A stretch of DNA of 64,000 nucleotides from Eledone cirrhosa. Taxonomy: Eukaryota. Position 1 is the stretch's first letter; every line of letters starts with the position of its first letter. This document shows positions 1-12,138 of this stretch, piece after piece. A program made the translations under genes and the position numbers. The notes under the pieces are model-generated. The model was not told where the DNA came from and did not search any database. It saw only the letters and a program-made list of their open reading frames with translations. The stretch covers positions 31,248,001-31,312,000 of the forward strand of contig OZ024748.1 in assembly GCA_964016885.1 (NCBI GenBank). The letters run 5' to 3'.

Positions 1-2033
1 AAAGTTTCCTCCGAGCATAAATTGCACGGACGGCGTCCTCCCGTGTAAGAATTGGCTCTGGACAGTAATCTCCAAGTGAGATCATAGGTGATGTTGTTGT
101 CCTTGAGGTCCCATATGTGGCCCGAAAGTGTAGTGGCGTGACGCCGGGCCGGGTTTCGGAAGGTATGTCTATGTTGGTATAGCCGGGTCTTGAAGTCACA
201 TGCGGTAAGTCCTATATAGGCTTTGTTGGAGGTATCCGTCCTCACGTTGCACTGGTAGATCACATTACGGTCTCTGCATCTATTGTCGAGTGGGCAAATA
301 GATCTATCCGGGCAGTTACACCTCCTGGTCGGTTCTCCACTGCTATTTAGGTTATTTCTGCCATCGGGGTTGAGTTTTTTGTTGTTAGAGGAGACGATGT
401 TTTGTGCGAAGTTTGGTGTAGTGCTGTAAGAGAGTTTGATGGTATTTTTGTTAATTATGTTGTGGTAGCGGTGTTGTAATGGGAAGTGTTTTTCAATGAG
501 CCTAAAGAATAGTTTCCCGATGGGAGTAGTCACCTCTGCGTTGTGGGGAGGATTGAACCATGTTACATTGCGTGAGCGGCGGTGTCTCCTGCTGGTTCCG
601 CTAATGGGATCTGGACAGTAGGATATTTCCTCCCGGAAACCACTCCGCTTGAGGGCCTGGTTGTAATAAGGCGCATGTTCATCGAATATCCGCTCATTAG
701 CTGACAAACGGGATATGCGGAGGGAGATGTTTTTGACCAGGTTGTTTGTGATGTTCCTAGGATGGTTTGATCGGCGGTGGATGTAGTGCAGATTGTCATT
801 AGGTTTCCTGTATGGGTAGTACAGGTCGTTTTCGAGGTCGAGGGTTACGTCCAGGAAGTTTGCTAGGGTCAGGGACGTTTGTAGGGTTATTTTAAATCCC
901 CAGTCGCGGAAGAATCTGATTAATTGTTTCCGGACCCGATCTGTACTACTGGGGTTGTACCCTTTAAGGGTAAGGAGCCCATCATCACGGTACAATCCAC
1001 CACCGAATGCAGGAAACATATCAGTGAGTTTGGCTATTAGGAATAATCCTATAAGATCAGTGACCTCCGCCGAATCCGTAGCGCCCATGCTGACGTCGAA
1101 GGGTGAGTCGGGAGCTCTTTTTATCCATTTAGAGTCGTCAAAGAGTAAGACTGTCTTCCTGGCGTGGAGGATGATTTTTCTTTCCTGGTCGGTGATGGGC
1201 ACGAGTGTTTCGGTGAAGTCCAAGGCGGCAGTAAGTAGCGGTAAGGTGATTGAAGCATAGTAGCTCTCTATGTCGAACTGTATGAATTTAGTTTCTCGTT
1301 TATCCTCCATATTGCTGAACCAGGAGATTACTTCCTGGGTGTTGATCCATAGGCTAAGTCGGGTGTGTTGCTTGACTTTTGGTATCACGCGGTCTAGGAT
1401 TTTTTTGCTGATTCTCCCTATGTCGGACTTCGTTGGGTTAATAAGCCTGATGGAGGGTTTACGGTCAAAATCGGATTTATGGTCCTTCAGTGTGAAGTAT
1501 GGTGTCCGTGGGTCTAGAGGTTCCGTGCGGTCGGCGACCCCGAGGCTGGAGGTGATTTGTTGTCCATCTCGATTTATGTCCTCGATGCAAGAGTGGTTGG
1601 CCTTTTTATAGGTGGAGTTTAGGCTGCTCCTGATCAGTGTGTGGTATCTGTCAGGGTTGACAAAGTATAGGTTCCCAGTTTTATCCGAATGCACCATGAT
1701 GTCATTTGTGTTATCATACTCTGTTAAGTTGCTACGGAGTTTTTGTAGGAATCGGTTGTGTCTGGGTTTAAATTTAATGTTCTTGACCAGTTGGAAGAGG
1801 TCATTCTCGAAGGGTGCGAGCAAGGGGTTCAGGGGCGGAGATTTGTAGGTAATAAATCCGAATCTCTCCTTGGTGCCGAAGTCTTGGTTGTCGCAATATC
1901 TGTCATAGAAAAAAGTTCTCCATCTAAGTCTTTTCGCAAATAGATCAATTTTTTGCGTGAGCATCCGAAGGTAAAGTTTTTTCGGTGGGATTGGGATGTT
2001 CTTGGTAGAGAAGTCAATGTTGTGTTTTCGCAT
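1..2033 (-). CDS. Penelope-like retroelement polyprotein (RT + C-terminal GIY-YIG endonuclease); runs off the left edge of the window
   Basis: Manual minus-strand translation from ATG at 2033 gives MRKHNIDFSTKNIPIP...KRLRWRTFF, SDKTGNLY, FDVSMGATDSAEVTDLIGL, GLYRDDG (RT catalytic motif), a CNCPDRSICPLDNRC linker, VIYQC...AYIGLT (GIY-YIG) and CNLC. Start and end are in the same frame and the ORF track lists no stop-terminated ORF in this frame. KNIPIP, DKT and the CxC linker resemble the Hydra-type PLE clade (inference). Confidence 0.9.
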   Translation of the reverse strand, partial: MRKHNIDFSTKNIPIPPKKLYLRMLTQKIDLFAKRLRWRTFFYDRYCDNQDFGTKERFGFITYKSPPLNPLLAPFENDLFQLVKNIKFKPRHNRFLQKLRSNLTEYDNTNDIMVHSDKTGNLYFVNPDRYHTLIRSSLNSTYKKANHSCIEDINRDGQQITSSLGVADRTEPLDPRTPYFTLKDHKSDFDRKPSIRLINPTKSDIGRISKKILDRVIPKVKQHTRLSLWINTQEVISWFSNMEDKRETKFIQFDIESYYASITLPLLTAALDFTETLVPITDQERKIILHARKTVLLFDDSKWIKRAPDSPFDVSMGATDSAEVTDLIGLFLIAKLTDMFPAFGGGLYRDDGLLTLKGYNPSSTDRVRKQLIRFFRDWGFKITLQTSLTLANFLDVTLDLENDLYYPYRKPNDNLHYIHRRSNHPRNITNNLVKNISLRISRLSANERIFDEHAPYYNQALKRSGFREEISYCPDPISGTSRRHRRSRNVTWFNPPHNAEVTTPIGKLFFRLIEKHFPLQHRYHNIINKNTIKLSYSTTPNFAQNIVSSNNKKLNPDGRNNLNSSGEPTRRCNCPDRSICPLDNRCRDRNVIYQCNVRTDTSNKAYIGLTACDFKTRLYQHRHTFRNPARRHATTLSGHIWDLKDNNITYDLTWRLLSRANSYTGGRRPCNLCSEET

Positions 2034-2218
2034 GGTGCGGGTGAAAAGAATTGAGCTTAGCGGAAAAGTCTGGATACGGCGTGGTAGGGTCGGAAAGTGC
2101 TCTACTACGGGAGTAGGAGCTAGATAACGAAGGAAATGTGGTAAGGAACCAGGTGGACCATAACGCACCAAAGTACTCAATACTTGAGGTAGTAGAGTGG
2201 GTAATAGGAACCAGTAAG

Positions 2219-2312
2219 ACCCCGACAGCTGAGCTCAAGCCGTTTCGACGGCTAATTCTGGACTAAATGAACATTTATCCTGGTATTTAAATAGCCGATC
2301 TTCTCAAGGGGT
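2219..2312 (-). ncRNA. Type I hammerhead ribozyme (U3-A8 core variant) in the pLTR upstream of the ORF
   Basis: Reverse-complement copy of the motif at 4791-4884. Confidence 0.8.
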
Positions 2313-3208
2313 AATTCCATATATGGTCAAAGTGATGGTCAAAAATCAGTAGTAATTCTGTGGTTGCAAATTAGTAGGGGAGATGGTGGCTAAACCTGCC
2401 AGTAGGAGAAAGATGGGAGGGGGTGGAGTAGACCCAATCAAGCGTTGGTAGTGCCAGCTACAGCTGGGCATGAGGTCAAAGAAGATACAGGGGAGGGGGA
2501 GGGGGAGGAAGTCGGAACGGTAGGTAGAACAATGGGGGGTAGAAATAGGAAAGAAAAAATACTGAGAGTGAAGGAAAGCAAATAAGTGTAAAGAAAAAAT
2601 TAAATTCTACGACCTAGGTGTCAGGCTATTGTTAGGCGAGAATAAAATAAAGAAAGAAAGAAAGAAGTAAATAAATAAATAAATAAATAAATAAGGAAAT
2701 AAGTATAGAACTAGGTGGGACGAATTAGGCAAGGACCCTTTTAAGAGGTATAAGTACGTAAATGATACGGTGACTGGTCAACAAAAGGGGCCAAAATACT
2801 AAAGAGACTACCACGAAATAAACAATAAAGGTTTCCATCCCGGGCCAGCAACGACCCAGTGCAGCAAAGTGAACTTGTACGACATAATAATTCTGAGTCC
2901 CGAGAAAAATATATACTAATGCTAACTCTAAAAGATCTAAAACAAGCTACATGAAAGTTCGTACGAAATAAAGGTAGAATACGGAGAAATAAGTTCAGAA
3001 TCCACCCCGCCCAGAAGAAAAGCGAAGCAAGAAATACTGAAACGAAAAAAATAAGGCATAAGTGCCACTAAGAAATATAGAGGGCACAGAGAATAGTGGG
3101 AGCGGTCGGAAAAGGGGGGCAAGTATCCGGGGTCTAAGCCAACTGCTATAAAGGGCGGAGTCCGCCAAATCTATCAAAGACTAGGGGAGGGGGGAGTGGG
3201 GGTACTAA

Positions 3209-3691
3209 GGCAGAAATAACCTAAATAGCAGTGGAGAACCGACCAGGAGGTGTAACTGCCCGGATAGATCTATTTGCCCACTCGACAATAGATGCAGAGA
3301 CCGTAATGTGATCTACCAGTGCAACGTGAGGACGGATACCTCCAACAAAGCCTATATAGGACTTACCGCATGTGACTTCAAGACCCGGCTATACCAACAT
3401 AGACATACCTTCCGAAACCCGGCCCGGCGTCACGCCACTACACTTTCGGGCCACATATGGGACCTCAAGGACAACAACATCACCTATGATCTCACTTGGA
3501 GATTACTGTCCAGAGCCAATTCTTACACGGGAGGACGCCGTCCGTGCAATTTATGCTCGGAGGAAACTTTACAAATGCTGTTTTCGACGGACCAACTCCT
3601 AAACAAGAAAGATGAACTGGTTACTGCATGTAAACATAGATTGCGTAGGACTTACCTCGCCCTCAAACCCCATAATGACCCGGGGGGGTAG
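3209..3691 (+). pseudogene. Inverted, 5'-truncated copy of the PLE GIY-YIG C-terminus
   Basis: ORF 3308-3691 reads IYQC...AYIGLT...CNLC...KDELVTACKH and matches the minus-strand ORF end. Confidence 0.85.
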
Positions 3692-4790
3692 ACTAGGGCT
3701 ATAACACCCCAGTTGCCGATTTTGCAATGGGTAACCCCTGCTTGCCAAGGAAGACGTAAGATCTTCTTTGTATTCATTTATCGCATCCTTTATTTCCTTC
3801 CCCCCTCTCTCCTTTGTCCTTCTACCCCAGCTCTTCTCCTTTGTCGGCGTCTTTTCTCGCCCACCCGAGGCTGCCCTTTGGCCCCATGTAGCCTTAGTAC
3901 CCCCACTCCCCCCTCCCCTAGTCTTTGATAGATTTGGCGGACTCCGCCCTTTATAGCAGTTGGCTTAGACCCCGGATACTTGCCCCCCTTTTCCGACCGC
4001 TCCCACTATTCTCTGTGCCCTCTATATTTCTTAGTGGCACTTATGCCTTATTTTTTTCGTTTCAGTATTTCTTGCTTCGCTTTTCTTCTGGGCGGGGTGG
4101 ATTCTGAACTTATTTCTCCGTATTCTACCTTTATTTCGTACGAACTTTCATGTAGCTTGTTTTAGATCTTTTAGAGTTAGCATTAGTATATATTTTTCTC
4201 GGGACTCAGAATTATTATGTCGTACAAGTTCACTTTGCTGCACTGGGTCGTTGCTGGCCCGGGATGGAAACCTTTATTGTTTATTTCGTGGTAGTCTCTT
4301 TAGTATTTTGGCCCCTTTTGTTGACCAGTCACCGTATCATTTACGTACTTATACCTCTTAAAAGGGTCCTTGCCTAATTCGTCCCACCTAGTTCTATACT
4401 TATTTCCTTATTTATTTATTTATTTATTTATTTACTTCTTTCTTTCTTTCTTTATTTTATTCTCGCCTAACAATAGCCTGACACCTAGGTCGTAGAATTT
4501 AATTTTTTCCTTTACACTTATTTGCTTTCCTTCACTCTCAGTATTTTTTCTTTCCTATTTCTACCCCCCATTGTTCTACCTACCGTTCCGACTTCCTCCC
4601 CCTCCCCCTCCCCTGTATCTTCTTTGACCTCATGCCCAGCTGTAGCTGGCACTACCAACGCTTGATTGGGTCTACTCCACCCCCTCCCATCTTTCTCCTA
4701 CTGGCAGGTTTAGCCACCATCTCCCCTACTAATTTGCAACCACAGAATTACTACTGATTTTTGACCATCACTTTGACCATATATGGAATT

Positions 4791-4884
4791 ACCCCTTGAG
4801 AAGATCGGCTATTTAAATACCAGGATAAATGTTCATTTAGTCCAGAATTAGCCGTCGAAACGGCTTGAGCTCAGCTGTCGGGGT
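4791..4884 (+). ncRNA. Type I hammerhead ribozyme (U3-A8 core variant)
   Basis: ACCCC-TTGAGAA-GATCGGCTA...TAGCCGTC-GAAA-CGGC(TTGAGCTCA)GCTG-TC-GGGGT. Stems I, II and III all pair; the GUC cleavage triplet is at 4877-4879. Confidence 0.8.
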
Positions 4885-4894
4885 CTTACTGGTT

Positions 4895-4896
<2 letters not shown>

Positions 4897-4987
<91 letters not shown>
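4897..4987. repeat. (TA)n microsatellite
   Basis: Pure TA run. Confidence 0.98.
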
Positions 4988-4991
<4 letters not shown>

Positions 4992-5246
4992 TAAAATAAC
5001 AGATTAAAGTTTAAGCAAAGAATCGCTGCTTTCACCCTTAACGGGATCTTTCGTTTTTTCCCGTCCTTTGCCAACGAACGTTTCCACGAACCAAAGTATC
5101 GTCTTCCTGTCTTCCTCCGGTTGCAACGTTTTTTGAAATATCCACTTCTGCGTTTACAGATTGACTTTGTTAGTTTCAGAAGATCCCGTGAAGGGTAAAA
5201 GCAGCAATTCTTTGCTTAAACTTTAATCTGTTATTTTAATAAATAT
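4984..5246. mobile_element. Small element with ~65-bp imperfect terminal inverted repeats (MITE-like or inverted pLTR remnant)
   Basis: ATATTTATTAAAATAACAGATTAAAGTTTAAGCAAAGAAT...GGGATCTT at 4984-5049 is the reverse complement of 5179-5246. Confidence 0.55.
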
Positions 5247-5329
5247 TTGCTCTACGGTTCTTGTATATTTGATATATATTTATCCTTATCGAGCCCTCTT
5301 TGGATTTTAGTCTTGAAATTTACTATTAT

Positions 5330-5331
<2 letters not shown>

Positions 5332-5396
<65 letters not shown>

Positions 5397-5419
5397 TATA
5401 TATATATATACCTATATAT

Positions 5420-5468
<49 letters not shown>

Positions 5469-5547
5469 CACATGTATATATATATATATACATATATATA
5501 TAAACATATATATATATACTTATATACATATACGTATATACATATAC

Positions 5548-5579
<32 letters not shown>

Positions 5580-5795
5580 ACATATACATATATATACATA
5601 TACATATACATATATATACATATACATGTACATATATATACATATACATATATATATATACATATATATACATATATATACATATATATATATACATATA
5701 TATATATACATATACATATATATATATACATATATATATTTACATATATATATATACACACATATACATATATATATACATATATATATGTATAC

Positions 5796-5847
<52 letters not shown>

Positions 5848-6031
5848 ATATATATATATATACATATATATACATATATATGTATATATATACATATACA
5901 TATATATATATACATATACATATATATATATGTATATATATACATGTATATATATATATGTATATATATATATATGTATATGTATATATATATGTATATG
6001 TATATATATATATGTATATGTATATGTATAT

Positions 6032-6079
<48 letters not shown>

Positions 6080-6125
6080 GTATATGTATATATATACATA
6101 TATATGTATATATATGTATATATAT

Positions 6126-6177
<52 letters not shown>

Positions 6178-6322
6178 GTATACATATATATATGTATATA
6201 TATATGTATATATATGTGTGTATATATATATATGTATATATATATATGTATATATATATATGTATATGTATATATATATATATGTATATATATATATGTA
6301 TATATATGTATATGTATATATG

Positions 6323-6377
<55 letters not shown>

Positions 6378-6470
6378 ATATATATGTATATGTATATATG
6401 TATATGTATATATGTATATGTATATATATATATGTATATATATATATGTATATATATATATGTATATATA
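5332..6470. repeat. Compound (TA)n/(TATACA)n/(TATATG)n microsatellite
   Basis: Direct reading. Confidence 0.97.
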
Positions 6471-6472
6471 CC

Positions 6473-7458
6473 AGAGCCCTGGTTTTCTGTTGAGCTCTGC
6501 TGATGATTGAAATTCCAACCGTGACCATCTACACTGAAAGTTTTCATGAAATAGTCTTTTAAGACTATACAGAGCATTTGATGTTATTCCAAATTGAAGG
6601 ATAAGTGTTTCGAACTTTATTTTATCATGAGTTAAAGGTCTATAGATTTTCCCTGGATTTTACTAAATTCTGTGGATGAATTTATATCCTGATTCTCTTT
6701 TGAGATGAGTTTGAGTTATTTTTCCTAAATCTTTCGTTAACTACTTTTCCCATCTTGACGTTATAGTCGCATATATGTTATAGAATGCCGTTAGCTTCTT
6801 GCTAAAACAATCTCTATACCTCTCATTTATATTTATACTCGGATTCTTTTCCTAGAGTGCTTAAACTATCTGTGACTAATCCCGGTTTTTTTTCATAAAA
6901 ACTGTGATAATATTGCTATTTTGCTGAACTCCTTTGTAGAGTTTTTTTCAGAATGTATTTGACTGCTATTTCTTGTAAATAAACATTCACTTCCATCCTG
7001 GCGTCACTAGCCCCGTTTTTTCCTCATGTGCTTTTTCATAAATACACATGAAGGCGAACTAGCCAGTTTTAGAATTCCCTTTTTCGGATTATATTACTGT
7101 GAGAGCCCTGGTTTTCTATTGAGCTCTGCTGATGATTGAAATTCCAACCGTGACCATCTCCACTGAAAGTTTTCATGAAATAGTCTTTTAAGACTATACA
7201 GAGCATTTGATGTTATTCCAAATTGAAGGATAAGTGTTTCGAACTTTATTTTATCATGAGTTAAAGGTCTATAGATTTTCCCTGGATTTTACTAAATTCT
7301 GTGGATGAATTTATATCCTGATTCTCTTTTGAGATGAGTTTGAGTTATTTTTCCTAAATCTTTCGTTAACTACTTTTCCCATCTTGACGTTATAGTCGCA
7401 TATATGTTATAGAATGCCGTTAGCTTCTTGCTAAAACAATCTCTATACCTCTCATTTA
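6473..7458. repeat. Partial tandem duplication (~357-bp direct repeats, period 629 bp) between microsatellites
   Basis: AGAGCCCTGGTTTTCT... starts at 6473 and 7102, and both copies end CTCATTTATAT. Confidence 0.85.
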
Positions 7459-7485
7459 TATATATGTATATATATGTATATATAT

Positions 7486-7531
<46 letters not shown>

Positions 7532-7532
7532 G

Positions 7533-7563
<31 letters not shown>

Positions 7564-7754
7564 GTATATATATATATGTGTGTATATATATATATGTATA
7601 TGTATATATATATGTATATATATATGTATATATATATGTATATATATATGTATATATATATGTATATATATATGTATATATATATGTATATATATGTATA
7701 TATATATATGTATATATATGTATATATATGTATATATATGTATATATATGTATA

Positions 7755-7792
<38 letters not shown>
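7459..7792. repeat. (TA)n/(TATG)n microsatellite
   Basis: Direct reading. Confidence 0.97.
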
Positions 7793-7795
<3 letters not shown>

Positions 7796-7996
7796 TTCGT
7801 CTTTTCATTAACTTAATTAATTTCAAATAACCAGAATATACATATATATATATATATATACTCATATTTATATATATACTCTTCTCACTCACACACAAGA
7901 AAAACAAAAAACAAAAATAAATCAAAAATAAATTTAAAACAAATATATATATATATTGAAATACTTAACTAAAACACACACACACTCAAAACTAGA

Positions 7997-9135
7997 ATGG
8001 CTAACCAGCAAAAATCCAAACAGAACTGGTCTGATAATGAAATCGACATTCTAATAAACACATGGCATTGCCTTTCCCAAACAGAAGACATACATGCTTC
8101 ATCTCTGAACGACATTGCTAAACGTACAGTTCAATTTTTGAAAACTCGATCTGAACAACAGATTCAAAATAAATTAAAGCAAATCGAAATTGCTTTTAAA
8201 TTAATCAATAAACTACGGTGTGTTTTCTCTTCGAATGCTGTCCAGCAGCAGCAACAACAACAACAGCAGCTACAACAGCAACAACAACAACAGCTACAAC
8301 AACAACATCAACAACAGCAACAACAACAACAACGACAACAACAGTGTGAACCACTCCTTGATTCATCAACAATGGCCGATCTACTAAATGAAACTATTGA
8401 CCCCCCAGTAGCCTCTGTCTCACAGCATGAAACGCCACATCCTTTCTCTGGCCCAGCAGTCCAATCATCACCACTGCCAACATCTCTGCCTACTACTACT
8501 ACTACTACTACAACATTTTTGTCTACTGCTATGTCAAGGAATTTACCTTCTAATACCAGAACAAGAACTCTCCCTCCCACAGTCCACAAAGGTCGTCAAA
8601 TCCTACCCAAACCATCATCTACACCTCTCACAACACACACACCCACATACCACCCACTCGAAACCCCATCATTTGCCGCTACTCTCTACGCTATAGAATA
8701 TGTACGGATAGTGGCTGCAAATTCACCCATTTACCTAGGACAAAACGATCTATCCCCACAAACAGCCACCACCATAATACATACTCTAATTTAACACCAA
8801 CACAACCACCAATAACTCAAACAAGGAATCCACAAATCTGCCGTTTTTCCCTGCGAGACAGATTGTGTTTAGACCGGGATTGTCCCTTTACCCATCTCCC
8901 GGGGACCCGTCGGACAAATGAAAATAAAATTAAAAATAAAAGCAAAAACAAAAACCATAACCTACATAAAAATAACCACTACCACAGTCACCAACAGTCT
9001 TCTAAACAGGAAACTTCTTCCTCTTTTTTAGCCATAATGAATCTGGCAAAAGAACTGGAAAAAAACATTCGAGCTATCACCCAGCACCACCCTCCACTAT
9101 CACCCCACTGCACAAACTCCCATTGCTGCCATTAA
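7997..9135 (+). pseudogene. LINE ORF1 (Myb/SANT-like N-terminus, poly-Q, two CCCH zinc fingers), one frameshift
   Basis: WSDNEIDILINTW...IAKR...RSEQQIQNKLK at the N-terminus. A second frame, open 8554-9135, encodes ICRYSLRYRICTDSGCKFTHLP and ICRFSLRDRLCLDRDCPFTHLP. Confidence 0.7.
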
Positions 9136-9193
9136 CAAACAAATTAACAACACACCAAAACAATTAAAACCATCCACTCTCGCCTCTACATTT

Positions 9194-12138
9194 TTGCTTA
9201 ACGCCCAAGGCATCAGCCCTTCCACCAATACTCAAAAATGGAAGATCAAATTCCTGGAGGACTGGATTGATGTCCATCCAAACCACATCCCTTTCTTCGT
9301 CCTCACTGAAACCCATCTCAGTAACCTCCACTTGGAAGCCGAGGTGAAAGTGAAAAATTTCAAAGCCATCCGTGCTGATCGCGCTGGCAGAAGAAAGGGC
9401 GGAACTGCCATTTATGTCCATAATTCTTTCTCAACAGAGGCTATGAACATATTCACTAATGGATACTGTGAAGCAGTCACTGTATTCAGTCAAACCAACA
9501 ACCTATTAGTAGTTGGGCTCTATAGGCCACCCCAAACGCCTGTACCATGCTTCAAGGAATGCCTCAACAGCATAAAGTGTTTCATCCAAGAGTGTCACCC
9601 TGACAACATCTTAATGATGGGGGACTTCAACCTCCCCGGAGTTGACTGGTCCACAAACAGCCTGCCACCAGGTTCTTCTGCCTCAACCTCTGACAGGGAA
9701 GCTGTGGAATCGCTTCTTGACTTCATGGATGATTTCTTCCTATCCCACCTGGTGCTCGAACCAACGAGGTGCCACAAAAACGTCCTAGACTTAATTTTCA
9801 GCAATCACACTGACAATATCCACAATATTGCAGTGGAGAAAACTCTACTCTCTGATCATGACATGGTTCTCTGTGATCTGAGATTCCACCGTCCAATATA
9901 CAAACCCAATGTCATCTCTCCTGTCCATCCGTTTGACGCTATGGATTTCCACAATGCAAACTGGGAAGCGATCAGTCATGATCTTGCACATGTCGACTGG
10001 TCCTTCACGTACACTCATACACCCACTAACATCAAAAAGTCCTGGCAGACATTTGTGGACACTGTTACAAACATATGTGCTAAACACACCCCATTAAGAA
10101 ATATAAACAAATCTAAGAGCAGAATCCCTAGAAATAGAAAAACGCTCATCAGAAAAATTAAGAGAACGAACAAAAAAATCAACAAGCTGAAATACTGTCA
10201 GCAGCAACACATCAACTTGACTGCCATTTCATCACTAGAGATTAAAAAACATAACCTCCAAAACAACATAATGTCCCTCATCAACAATCAGAGAAGAGCT
10301 GAAGAGGCCTGGGCCATTGAGAAGATCAAACTCAATCCTAAAGTGTTCTTTTCATTTGCAAAAAAACACAAAATCACTGGCTCTACTGTTGGCCCTCTAA
10401 TTGATGAAAATGGCACTCTTCAAGACAATGCTAAAACCATGGGTGAGATACTGCAGAAACAATACTGCTCTGTTTTCAGCAATCCTGATATGGCCGATCT
10501 GGGCTGTATCGGCGATGTTACTCCCCATTACACCTTATCGGACATAAGTTTGGCGCCACTAATGTCTTGGCGGCAATAAAGGAAATCAAGCATAATTCAG
10601 CAGTAGGTCCCGATAGGTTCCCTGCTTGTGTCTTGAAGGCGTGTCAACACCAACTTGCATCTCCTCTTGCCAATCTGTGGCGGAACTCACTGGATGCTGG
10701 ATATGTGCCAGAAAACCTTCTATCCCAGTCTGTTGTCCCAGTTTTCAAAAAGGGAAACAAATCCCTTGCCGTGAATTACCGTCCAATCTCACTCACCTCT
10801 CATATCATTAAGGTATTTGAGCGAGTGGTGAGATCGCGAATGACCCACTTCCTTGAGAGTAACAATATGCTGAACTCCAACCAGCATGGATTCCGTAATG
10901 GAAGGGATTGCCTGACGCAGCTACTGCATCACTTTGATGACATTTTGAGAGCCTTGGGAGAGGGTTCCAACACTGATGTTATCTACCTTGATTTCAGCAA
11001 GGCCTTTGACAGGGTTGATCATAACATTCTACTGAGAAAGCTGTCCAATATTGGTGTCACTGGAAAGCTGCTGCAGTGGATCAAGAGCTTCCTGTCAAAC
11101 AGAACCCAACATGTTGTAGTTGAGGGAGTCAAATCAAGCCCAGCCAAAGTCAGTAGTGGGGTCCCACAAGGCACTGTGTTGGGCCCACTTCTCTTCATCA
11201 TCTATATTAATGACATCACTGACATCATCAAACACAGCAACATTAAAATTTTCGCTGATGATTCCAAGCTCCAAAAGGTCATCAATGGCGTGGATGACCG
11301 GATAAGCCTTCAGTCAGACCTACTGGCTGTTACCCAATGGGCAGAAAAGAACAACATGTTACTGAACGAAGACAAATTCGAACTGATCCACTTTGGAAAA
11401 GAGGATGCTCTGAAACTCCCGTACTCCCTTCCCTCCGGGGAAACTCTCGTGGCATCTAACAACATCAGAGACTTGGGAGTAACCGTGGACAGCAACATAA
11501 GCTGGACCACGCATATAAGCAGCAAAGTTGACATGGCCCGCAGAATGTGTTCCTGGATCCTCAGAACCTTCCAGTCGAGAGATTCCCGCACCATTATCCT
11601 TCTCTTCTCTACTTTCGCCCGACCACACCTTGAATACTGTTGTCCACTGTGGTCTCCCCACACGAAACAAAGTATCATGAAACTTGAAGCTCCTCAAAGG
11701 GCAATCACGAAAAGGATAGATGGCATGTCAGACCTTGACTACTGGGGTCGATTAGAAAACCTGAAACTTTACTCACTCCAACGTCGCCGTGAGCGTTATA
11801 TTATCTGCATGATGTGGAAAATGTTCCATCATCACTGCCCAAATGATGTTGGCATTGCCTTCAAGATACACCCAAGGCTTGGGCCCCGTGCTATCCGTCC
11901 CATTCAAAAATCTAAATCGCAACTCATAACAACAATACGGCACAATTATTTCACCTCAATCGGCCCTGCTCTCTTCAACATCACACCAGGACACGTCAAA
12001 ACAGAAACTGACCACACAAAATTCAAGAAGTCTTTGGACAAATTCCTCCAAGTAATCCCGGACAAACCACCCACACCCGGATATGTCTCCGCAAACAGTA
12101 ATTCTCTTCTCGAATGGGCCATGGTGCCCAAATCCTGA
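9194..12138 (+). pseudogene. LINE ORF2 (apurinic-like endonuclease + reverse transcriptase), one frameshift near 10548
   Basis: APE motifs LTETHL, YRPP, GDFN, LDL, SDH. RT motifs NYRPISLTS, QHGFR, YLDFSKAFD, SGVPQGTVLGP, FADD, and YSLQRRRERY. Confidence 0.93.

Larger units (their letters stand above)
1..4898 (-). mobile_element. Penelope-like element with partial direct pseudo-LTR (2204-3211) and inverted 3' copy (3209-4898)
   Basis: 3891-4898 is the reverse complement of 2204-3211. 3209-3570 is the reverse complement of 1-362. The element ends in (TA)n at 4897. Confidence 0.9.

Noticed and set aside
955-1943. Short plus-strand ORFs, and similar antisense ORFs over the LINEs
   Set aside because: Antisense shadows of retroelement coding frames with no recognisable motifs.
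1-2033. Selenocysteine-encoding Naiad-type PLE
   Set aside because: The endonuclease is C-terminal, the Cys motifs use TGT/TGC, and no in-frame TGA was seen in the segments read.
6499-6515. CTGATGATTGAAA as a hammerhead
   Set aside because: Only a 2-nt spacer, and no stem I/III pairing or NUH site found.
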